The notes below the pieces were generated by a model, which saw nothing but the letters and a program-made list of their open reading frames with translations, did not search any database and was not told the DNA's origin. Positions 24,133 through 34,700 of a stretch of DNA of 64,000 bases are shown one piece after another. The stretch's first letter is position 1. Each line of letters starts with the position of its first letter. The translations under genes and the position numbers were made by a program. This DNA is from Takakia lepidozioides (lineage: Eukaryota; Plantae; Bryophyta), in assembly GCA_030704615.1 (NCBI GenBank), contig CM060731.1, positions 9,176,001 to 9,240,000 on the forward strand, written 5' to 3'.

Positions 24133-24854
24133 TGTCGCACACCTCAGTTCGGTAAACTCCCCTTCAAGTCATAGTTACTCGCTTTGATGCGCGCGCCTGA
24201 CTCCCAACCTGGCCGCCGGGCCAACTTGGAGTTTCGGCTGCTCACCGGGACATAACGGTCCCCTTCCGCTTCCCTCTAAACCCTCCACCTATTTGGGACT
24301 AGGAGAATTCCCTTTGGTAGATGGCAGTCCGGAAGAGCTCCCCACTCTTTGGTCGCTTTCCGGCTCGCTCGCTTACTCACTAGTTTTTGGTCACCAACGG
24401 GCTTGCACCGTTCTCGGGGTTACTACTCCCTATATATACTTCTGTAGCTGTCCGCGGGGGTTTCATAACCAGCCATGCCATTTTATGGTGAACCACCACG
24501 AAAACCCTCGACTCCCGGTGGTGAGTCGCGGTGAGTCTTGGCCCACTCACCGCGGCCCCAATGGACCGTGATGAGTCCCAAGACTCCCCACGACTCCCAC
24601 TCGAGGTCTCCACCCCATGGTGAGTCCTATGCCACCCCCACTAAGTCCCACTAAGCTACCACCACCCCTGTGGAGCCACCTCCACTGCAACCCGGTGTGC
24701 GGGGCTCCACCTAGTGAGCGCCTCCGCCTCCTTGAGTGCCTTGGGCACTCAAGGGTGCTTCAGCCCCCCATACCTATCGCTGCCGCTGCCCCCACCACAG
24801 GGGCAGCCCCTCATGTGTCCCGACCCCCTGCCCTCAAGGCAAAGGGCCGCGACA
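24133..24854 (-). repeat. 5' LTR of the gypsy element
   Basis: Direct repeat of 6549-7272, followed on - strand by the PBS. Confidence 0.97.
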
Positions 24855-25215
24855 GTCGGTTACCTTCTGCAACCCTCTCGACTGAAATTTTGTAGAACAA
24901 GTGCGGGAGTCGGTTGAGTTCTGAAGGGACAGTAAAACATCTGACGCAATCTTCACGTCTGACCAAACCATAAGCCTCTTATGAGTGGATCGAGATTTCT
25001 TCGAACACTCCGAAGTTTTCGAGCCAGACGCGCGACATAATCATCCACTTGCTTTTTTCTTTCAAAGATTTGGACGTTGAGTACACAAGGGGATGACATG
25101 AGGTCATTTGGAGAGACATCCGGACTTGATATCTTCATATCCTGAATTGAACGTCAAATATTGAGATTACGTTGGATTATAATGAGGAGAAGACGTCGCT
25201 TCACTTCACTTGAAC

Positions 25216-25216
<1 letters not shown>

Positions 25217-25263
<47 letters not shown>
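25217..25263 (+). repeat. Poly(A) homopolymer, ~47 nt
   Basis: Visible A run. Confidence 0.95.
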
Positions 25264-25265
<2 letters not shown>

Positions 25266-25719
25266 GAATGAGGAAGACAAAACAAGAAAAATATAGTAAT
25301 TCACCTTGTTCCTCCTCGAGTATCCATGTGTCCATCCATGATATGGGGTAAACATTGGGATTTTCCTTCGGGGCCACATTCAATAACACGGTGTTCTTGA
25401 ACATTTTGTACAGACTTTGAAACCTGTAATAGACAGGACATGATCAAATGAGACTCAACCTCGATACATCCTCGACATTACTGTCGAAGTTAGTGGAAAG
25501 TACACTTAGTGGACAATACAGGTTTTATGATGAAGCAACGTCATCAAACGATAAAACACTTCAAAGTTTTTAGCTACTTACAATCTTAGCATTCATACGG
25601 AACAACAACGATGTAAGCCTGCAAAACATGCTAGATTGAACGTTTACTCAAAATTTGCACAAAGTGAATATGTATATTTATTTTATATGGGGTTCTAGAA
25701 CCCCAAATTGTATATCCAA

Positions 25720-26420
25720 TCATTCACAAATAAGATAATCGTTGCGAGAGCTCTTTAAAAAAGATCTAAGACTGTCATATTTAGGGTCAGAAATGCTCTC
25801 GGGTCCAACCCCAATCCGGTTCTTAACAACAAAGTCTGGGACATATAATGAACTCTCCAGCATCCCATCAAGAAACTTTTGAAGCACCAACAAGTAACTG
25901 TTGTCGATCTCAATTGACTCAAATGTCTTCAAGAATAAGCATGACCCTACAGGATTGAGTAGACATTTCAGAGGAGTATCATCAATTGGAAGCGTATTTC
26001 TGTCATCGAACTTTCCTCTTGTCTTCACCCATAGCCCTGCAAGTGGTTTCAGAAACACGTTCCGGAGTTTTTTAATCTATCGTTGTAGTTTGGATGGACT
26101 TTGTTAGGACACGAAAGGCAATCCTCATGCGACATAATGAAGTCTGGTTGTGGTAACCCCTCCAACATGATATCAAGGACGGGTTTGAGGTTCCTTAGCT
26201 CCATGCAGCTCCAAATAGCTAGGTGGAATCGCTAATGTAAATGCCACACCTCTCGATATTTCTCTCGTCTAAAAATCTGTCTTCTAATGACCACAATAGG
26301 AACGCTGAAGTCGTTCTCGGAGTATTTAGGCACAAGATTATTAGATCCTTGAGACCGGATGATTTTGCAAAAAACACCGTTCAGATCAAATATAATCAGA
26401 CGAGATTTACCACTATCCAT
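25720..26420 (-). pseudogene. FCP1/NIF-homology HAD-like protein (copy 2), frameshifted
   Basis: RLIIFDLNGVFCK...IWSC...FLKPL...NTLPIDDTPLKCLLNP. Confidence 0.75.
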
Positions 26421-26819
26421 AGATAAAGACGTAGGTGGTGGTTGAATCTATGGATGAATAGAAGAACAGAGGAATGGATTGATTCAACAGAAAATAAGAT
26501 GTCAGTCGAACATACAAAACTTCACCTCGACACTAATGTCGAGGTAATCTACCATCCGCGATAAAACCCAGAGTTGCATCCCAGCGGTAAAAACGAAGGA
26601 TATCACTGAAAAATGTGTTCATACGAGCGTTCACAATCCTAGGACTTACTCCCTGTGGCTACATGGCCATACTTACCATATTAACCACATATTCCATAAC
26701 ATTTGCCTTAACATAACATAACATTTGGCATAACATAAAACATTTGCCAGTATTTCAAATAAAGTCTTGTCGTTCCAATTGTGCAGACGCACCCTTTCAA
26801 TGAATCCTAGAATTCAATA

Positions 26820-28200
26820 GATGGTACATTGAACACACTGGCCAAGTTTCAAAGCGAACGAAAATCATTTGGATGGGCAACCATCCGTTGGCCCATTCAA
26901 CGAATTTTGATTGATCTCATATTACTATGGGGCCTCTTACATGGCACATTGAACATAGTGGCCAAGTCTCAAAGCGAACCAACATCATTTCGATGGCCAA
27001 CCATCCGTTGAGCCATCGAATGAATTTCGATTGATCTGATATTAGTCCGGGACCTGTGAGAGGGTGTCTGGAACGTGCTAGCAAAGTTTGGAAGCTAACA
27101 AAAATGATTTGGATGGGCAACCATCCGTTCACCCGTTGAATGTATTCTGTTGGAGCTGCTATTACTTTGGGACCTGTTTGGACTGTGTTTCGCGTGCTCA
27201 CGATTTTTTTTTTTTCCATTCCGTTTTTGAATGGGGCGTGTAATGTAGCCATATGCAACGTGCGTGCCAAATTTGGGAGCGATCAAAATTCATTTGGACC
27301 CAAAACCACAGTTTCTTCCCTGTTTTGCACTCCAAACTTGATTTGTGTTCTACTTCATGCACTCTTCATAGAGAGTTCTGCAATAGTGGGCGAAGAGAAT
27401 ACTTTTTTTTGGGGGCATTTTTTATTGGTCCAAATTTTGGCGGGGGAGTAGCCGTGGAATGCTAGAAGCCGCAGAACAAAATTGAGCCAAAAACAAAAAT
27501 TGATACGTGCCAGAAACCCCCACTGAAAGGCAGTGCAAACCTATTGATTGGTTTAAAATAAATTTAAATTCGATTAAATTGTGGAATGGCTTGAGGGGGG
27601 AGCGTGTCGATGGGGAGGCAAATGATTTATTAGTCTGTTGTGTCTCCTCACATGTGTCGCACACATGTTCAAGCACATGCGGGCAAAAGAGGGGCTTCAA
27701 CCACATCCGTTCAATGGGTGCAATAGCCGTGCACGCATTGCAGGATTTCTTTTTTCGCATTGAACAAAAATCAGATGACAAGTGAACGCCTCATTGGACA
27801 ATTGAACGATTTTCGATTGATCTCGTATTACACTGGGACGTATCTGATGGTACATTGAAGACACTGGCCAACGAAAATCATTTGGATGGGCAACCATCCG
27901 TTGGCCCATTCAACGAATTTCGATTGATCTCATATTACTCTGGGGCCTCTTACATGGCACATTGAACATAGTGGCCAAGTCTCAAAGAGAACCAAAATCA
28001 TTTCGATGGCCAACCATCCGTTGAGCCATCGAATGAATTTCGATTGATCTGATATTAGTCCGGGACCTGATACATGGTATGTTGAACATAGTGGCAAAGA
28101 TTGAAAGCAAACGGAAATCATTTGGATGGGCAACCATTCAATCGCTCATTGAATGAATGGGGTTTTGTCTTCGATTATACTGGGACCTGTTACATGGTGT
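26820..28200. repeat. Two blocks of 120-bp tandem repeats, each unit with the palindrome GGATGG-N4-CCATCC
   Basis: Palindrome cores at 26871, 26991, 27111 and 27884, 28004, 28124 (120-bp period), with a ~600-bp unique spacer between the blocks. Confidence 0.9.
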
Positions 28201-29683
28201 GCCATTTGAAGCTTTTTTTGTAGTGTCTCCTGCGTCTGTTTGCATGACACAATGTGGTTTCGGACATTTGGTGAACAGACATGGGACACCGACTCCAGCA
28301 ATGCCTCCATTTCCTTGTCATCGAGAGGAACTCTGTCGGAGCCGTCTTCCGACATAATTCTGGCAAACGCCATCTTATGGGCGGCTTGGAGCTGTGTCTG
28401 TTTGGGTTTGGCACCCGGTCTCAACTTAACCTCCTCCTGAACGAGCTGCTCTGCCTCGTGGGCAGCCTCCCGCGAGTTCCCCCTCGCCAATTTGTGACAA
28501 TGGGATCCAACGTGTATGCAAGCTCGGGTGAGGTCAGGGAAACGGTGCAACACATAGAACTGTTTGGCATTACAAACAGACATGCAGTGTGGTGGTTCTT
28601 TGCAATGCGCACACTTAAATGTGGAGTTTGGAACCTTCTCCTGAGCTCGAAATGGTTGATGAGCTGTGCCTGTCCAATCGGTCTCGTTCCTGTGACCTCT
28701 GGATTTAAAGTGGAAGCAAGTTGGGGAGAAACACCACAACGCGCCCGCACAAACAACGTAGCGCACCCGCACACCATCGAGCATCTTCATGCTGGTGGTT
28801 TTGGTAACGCACCAAGGATGACCGTCATGTTTTCTATCCATATCTGTCAACATTCCGGACACCCTCGAGTAGTCCCCCCAAGGAGGGAACTCAAAGAAGA
28901 TATTACCGTCGACGTCGGTGGGAAGGCATGTAACCGATTTAATTGCGAACTTGCTGTAGTCCAGCCTGGCCAGCTCCGACCGGTGTCCCTCCAGGTGAAG
29001 CCCTCGCAGAATTTCAAGAATAGATCGAACGCGGTGCTCGTGCTGGGAATATGACTCCCTCCTCCACTGACGTCCATTGAGGACTTGCCTGATCTCCAGG
29101 ACGACCTCGGAACTTCCATGACCTCGTCTGAGTCGGATAGGTTGTGAACAACCCGGTTCTCGCTCGTCTTCATGGATGGGTTCGGCTCTGGATTTACTTC
29201 GTTGCGGACTTCTCTCTTTGAGGTAGCCACTCTCTGATTCGCGGATTGTTTCGTGGAAGGCGCCAGGATAGAAGGTGCATTTGGCGGGCAAATGAAGTCC
29301 CCAACAGCCCTGTATATGACGCTGTCCGATGGTGGAACTCGCCATTCCCTGCCATCGCCGAAATCATCATGGAGCACAACAATACTCTCGACAACAAGGC
29401 CGTTTGAGTCCTTCCTTTCCTCCTCCAAAAAAACCGACCCCGGTTTCAGGTGGTATCGAACGCACAGATATTTCTCCATCACCCGGCAGATGTCCCCTCT
29501 GCACGGAAATGAAGCTCTATGCTCGTGAGGAGGGCAGTACACTGTAGCGCTCGGTTTTCCGCCATGGGAGATGTGCACACAGACTGCCAGGATGGCGTGC
29601 GGGGAAGCTCCCTGGTAGAAGGGGGATGCAACGATGGGAAGGAATGCGGTGCCGATTTGTCCGAGCGACGAAGCATGATCCAA
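28200..29683 (-). pseudogene. 5' half of the MULE-2 transposase (GCM-like domain; DDE and SWIM missing)
   Basis: GSVFLEEE, MDRKHDGHPWC and RACIHVGSHCH align by eye to MULE-1 GSIFLEKE, MDKKHDGHPWC and RACVHFGFHNH. Truncated at the 120-bp repeat block; frameshift near 29080. Confidence 0.85.
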
Positions 29684-29839
29684 ATCCAGGGAGCCAACTA
29701 TCTCAAAAATCCACAGTCAGAGTGTTAATGAACCTTGTCTCCGGAATGCGGCCCCTGGTCTTTGCGCAATAACTGCCAACGGTATGCAGTCAGAAAGTGG
29801 GGGGCCGTCCGGATGATGTCGGCTAAGGGGAGAAGCCGG

Positions 29840-31490
29840 CACCGTGCCGTCACATTACTACCCCCGAATGGAAATTCGGCACCCAATATCCAACAGGGGC
29901 CGCACGGATGAAGTCGTCTGGGGCAGAGATGCCGGCACCTGTCCGACAGAGAACATCCCCCGATGGAAATTCAGCGTTGAATTTCCATTCGGATCCCCCC
30001 AAAGGAAGTCCTGTCGGGGGGTCAGGCCGAAAACTGGCCGACATAAAAACCTCCGCGGATGGAAAAACGGCGCCGAATTTCCATCCGAGGCCTTTCGGAT
30101 GCAGTCGGCTGGGGGAAAGGCCGCCATCTGGCCCTCACATTACAACCCCCGGACGGAAATTCGGCACCGAATATACAACAGGGAAGCCCGGATGAAGTCG
30201 CCTCGGGCGCAGAGGCCGGCGCGTGTGCGACAGAGAACATCCCCTGGATGAGATTCGGCGCCGAATTTCCATCCGGGCCCCCCCAAAGGAAGTCGTCTCG
30301 GGGGTCAGGCCGAAAACTGGCCGGCATAAAAACATCCCCAGATGGAAAAACGGCGCCGAATTTCCATCCGGGGCGGTTCGGATGCAGTCGGGGAGGGGGA
30401 GAGGCCGGCACCTGGCCGTCACATTTCAACCCCCGGACGGAAATTCGGCACCGAATATCCAACAGGGGACGCCCGGATGAAGTCGCCTTGGGCGTAGAGG
30501 CCGGCACGTGTTCGACAGAGAGCATCCCCTGGATGGAGATTCGGCGCCGAATTTCCATCCGGGCCCCCCCAAAGGAAGTCGTGTCGGGGGTCAGGCCGAA
30601 AACTGGCCGACATAAAAACTTCCCCAGATGGAAAAACGGCGCCGAATTTCCATCCGGGGCCGTTCCAATGCAGTCGGGGAGGGGGGGGAGGCCGGCACCT
30701 GGCCGTCATATTTCAACCCCTGACGGAAATTCGGCACCGAATATCCAACAGAGCGGCGGAGAGGCCGGCACCTCTCCGACAGAGACCATCCCCCGGATGG
30801 AAATTCGGCGCCGAATTTCCATCGGGGCCCCCTCAAAGGAAGTCGTAAAAACCTCCCAGAATGGAAAAACGGCGCCGAATTTCCGTCCAAGGCTGTTCCG
30901 ATTTGCCTCTAGCAGTCAAGGATTCCAAGAAAAACGTGTCTAGTGCACTTCAGCCACAAAACAAACAGTTTAGTTTGTTTTTCTCTCCGAAAATCAATCG
31001 GACACGCTCAGAATTACCTGCAGGAAGGTAATTCAGCGCTTCGAAATACCTGGCGAATGAAATTCGGCGCCGAATATCCATACGCCAGCGATCCGACTTA
31101 CCTGTTGGATGGAAATTCGGTGCCGGATTTCCATCCGCTCTCCGACCAACCTGCGGATGGAAATCCGGCGCCGATTTCCATCCATCCGCTTCTGAATTAC
31201 CTGCGTGAGGGAAATTTCGCGCGCCGCCCTACTTGCGCGGATGGAATCCGCGCCGGATTTCCATCCATCCGCCTCCGATTACCTGCGTGAGGGAAATTTG
31301 GCGCGCCGCCCTGCGGATGGAAATTGGCGCCGGATTTCCATCCATCCGCCTCCGAATTACCTGCGTGAGGGAATCGCGCCGCCCTACCTGCGCGGATGGA
31401 AATCGGCGCCGGATTTCCATCCTGCAGCGCTCCGAATTACCTCTACGTTGGAAATTCCGGGCCGAGTTCCGTTGTTTTCATCCGACATGG
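29840..31490. repeat. Palindrome-rich tandem arrays ((GGA)TGGAAATTCGGCGCCGAATTTCCA(TCC) family) between the divergent MULE-2 genes
   Basis: ~290-bp higher-order unit with about three palindromes each (29840-30890). Second array with GGATGGAAATCCGGCGCCGGATTTCCATCC-type palindromes and AATTACCTGCGTGAGGG (31010-31490). Confidence 0.92.
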
Positions 31491-31772
31491 AGGGCTTCAT
31501 CCGACATTTAATTGCGCAGTTGGGCAATAAATGTCCACCGCCGTCCGTTTTCATTCGGGCTGGCGACACATGGCTTCCTGGACGTACCCTAAATCTGATG
31601 CTAATCTTGGCTTAACATGCTATTCGAGGCATGTACCCCAAAAACGGAGATCTTTTTCCATTTTGGCTGGGACTTATGCCGCCTGAAGGGTGGCTCTCCT
31701 GAGAGAGACCTCACATCCAGACCGCGGCGGAAGTTGAAAGCTCTGTACTACGGACGACGGCCAATCTCTCGC

Positions 31773-34700
31773 ATGGCCAAACTGAAGCTCCAGCAGGAGA
31801 TTCCAGTGTCTTGCTCACAACCCGCGCCAACTGAAGCCGAGTACTCTCAGGCAAGCCACTTCTGCTTTCACTTTGTTCGATTTCTTTTGCTTTCGCTTTG
31901 TTGCCTCGCTTCGTTTTTTTTGCATCTTCATCCTGGCTTCGCTGGATGAGTGAACTTTAGATAGTTGAGTGAACCTTAGATTGTTTGCAATGCGTGTGCA
32001 AATCCGGCAGCTCTGGAGAAGGCTGCTTGTGCATGTCATTCTCAGGCAATGGTTGCATTTGTTTTCATTGTTGTTGCATGGCTCTCCATACTTCCTAAAC
32101 TTGTTATGTTTTCATTTTTGTTACATTGTTGCTATGGTGGTTGCGATGCTGGTTTTTGGCACCGATGTTGGTTTCACGATTTTGGGAATGACAGAGTGAC
32201 GACGAGCCCGGCACGCTGGTGGTATCATCGACAGCTCCAACTCATCGCATGTTTGAATCGCCCAACTTGGGCGAGAGGGCAAACTTCAACCTTTTGTTGG
32301 TGGACGGAGGACTGCAGCGAGAGTACGACAGAATAGGCATTGGGGAGGTTGGTGCAGGCCTCATGGCAGGTGAAGGGCGTGAGGACATGAGAACAGCAGA
32401 TCCGGCAATGGAGGTTGTTGATGCATGCAGTAGGGCCCGTCCACGCAAAGAAGAAGAAGAAAGCCAAGCACGTGCAATCCCCCGCGCGAGAGCCGTCAGT
32501 TCGCCTACCTCAAAGGTGGTCGTCCTCCGGGCTCCCCTGCTGCTAGCCCTAGTAAGAAACAGAAAGCCCGTGAGAGGGCAAAAAGAGGGCAAAAGAACAG
32601 CAAGACAGAATGCTAGCCAGGAGGAAAGAGAAAAGGCCACTGAAGAGGCCAGGGTTCCCCAACTGACAGATGCCCATGTAAGTGAGGGACGCACAGAGAC
32701 GGTGGATCCCTCCAAGACACCACAAAGAGGCAGCAACACACCGGTTAGACCATCGCGGGCAAGAGCAGCCCCGCAATTACCCATACGGTGGAGAGTGGAG
32801 GAGAGGAAAGAACACCAGAAAGAGCACGGATTGTGCAAGTTCGAGGTGAAGCCAGGGAGAGGGCAGTAGAGACAGGGAGAGTGCTGGAGGTGGTTTCGCA
32901 GGTGGCTGACCCTGTTGAGGAGGACGACATGGAGCTTTCTGACCAGGATGACATCCTCCCGGACATCCCCAGGCCCCAAACCCGGAGCATACAGGCTGGA
33001 TTTGGCGGTCCTGGTGGGCTGCCGGAAAACCCCTCTGCAGCAGACGTCATGTCGGAGGCGGATATGAAGTTGGCCGCTGCCAATGTTGGAGGCAACCCAC
33101 AGCAACATTGGCAGGGTGCTGGGGGGCATGGTGTACCCGGCCAAGCTTCGAATTCCCCTTTGCCGCTTGGTGTCATTGCAGGTGGTGAGACCTGCCCTCC
33201 CAGGCGATATCGACAAGCTGAAATTCTCTTTCCGGGGATGGATATCGAATGGGGTCTGCCGCGTTTTACGTTTCCATTGAACGACCACGGAGCTTCCCGT
33301 GCCCACACTTCCGATGAGGGGACAAATGGGGTCCCCCATTGGCAAACGCGAAATGAGGAGTTCGAGAGATCGATTGCTAGTGATCCTCTTTTCCAGCACT
33401 TGTCCGGTAAGATGTTCTACGTGTGGGACGGCAATCATCGCCTCCTGGCATGGATGGAGCACATTGCCCAAGCCCACCCCAACGACCTCGATTGGCATTT
33501 CGCCGTGGATGTGTTGTGCTGAAGGTTGCGGGGCCCAAAGATCGCAGTCTTCTCAAAGCTGCAATGGCGACATCAACTCGTAAGTTACAACGCCTCTCGC
33601 TTTTGGACTTTGAATTTGGAAGTCATTTCATTGCGAATCCTCATATATGATGAAAGTATTGTTTGATGGAAATGTGGCACTGCAGGGTGACTGAGAATGC
33701 CTTCATTGCCACCAACTTGTCCCATATGCTCTTCCGAGTGAAGGATGTCGGGAAGCAGGGGGTGCAAGAGTTTGCCAATTCCCTCAGCCGACCTCCTGCG
33801 CAAGTCGGAGGCAAAGGCAGACAGAACCTGGTATAGGCTGAGCGTCGACGCCATGGTGGACTACATATTTTCGGGTAAAGCTCCTGATTTTGTTGAGCTA
33901 ATCTGTCTCTCCTCCCCCAATAGAAGAAAAGGTCTGTGATTGGAAGAAATTGTGTTGAGCAGGATCTCTAATCTTATGTGCGCATTCTTGACAGACGAAA
34001 ATACAGCAGGATTTGGCACATGCGCGGAGGTTCTACATGGAGTCAGAGGAGAAGAATCCAACCCTCCCGGCACTCGAATCGTATGTCAAAGCTGCGGAGG
34101 TGAGGGCCCGCATAAAGTACAAGTCGCGGATGGTAAAGTATGGCCATAGCTGATCCCGCCCTTGGTGCCGACTTTCTGGTGGAGGTGGGGAAGCACTACT
34201 CTCGCGCTCTGAAGCCCACGATGACATTGGAGAAGCTCCATCGTCTAGCCACATCCTGTGTGGATGCAACAGAAAAGGTGATACATTCTTAACCAAATTG
34301 TGGTGGCAACAACTCTTTTTGTGGTGTTTGGCGCTTACGAATATGCTGGGTGGTTGGACAACCCGGTGGCTCCAAATCTGGAATGGTTCCCAAAGTACCA
34401 GGGACATGTGGAGCTTCCCCAAACCGGACAAACTCTCTGACCCCACATTCGACATGTGGATGAACCGCATGACATGGTGGTTTCAGGTACTTCCCCACGC
34501 TTCGTTTGGGGCTTCTACTCTAGTAGGGGGTGGATTCATTGTATTTTTTCAGGAAAGCGATCTGATGGAGAATCTCCACAGGTGACGACGAATGCGCAAG
34601 AGCAGCTGGACACACAAGCACATCAGTTCAAGATGGAGATATCTCCTATAGCAGAGAGCCTACGCGACTATGTGACGAGGTACTTTCTGCTCTACAAAAC

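Larger units (their letters stand above)
6549..24854 (-). mobile_element. Ty3/gypsy chromovirus LTR retrotransposon, full length, with nested MULE
   Basis: Two ~723-bp near-identical LTRs (TGTCGC...GCGACA), 5-bp TSD GTCGG at 6544-6548 and 24855-24859, tRNA-iMet PBS, PPT, and gag-PR-RT-RH-IN-chromodomain order on - strand. Confidence 0.97.

Noticed and set aside
29844-31615. Long overlapping ORFs (e.g. 30059-30943) in the MULE-2 intergenic region
   Set aside because: They are translations of GC-rich palindromic tandem repeats, open on both strands, with no protein-like features.
32242-33498. 418-aa - strand ORF
   Set aside because: Antisense to the ParB exon. The conserved motifs shared with MULE-1 are on the + strand.
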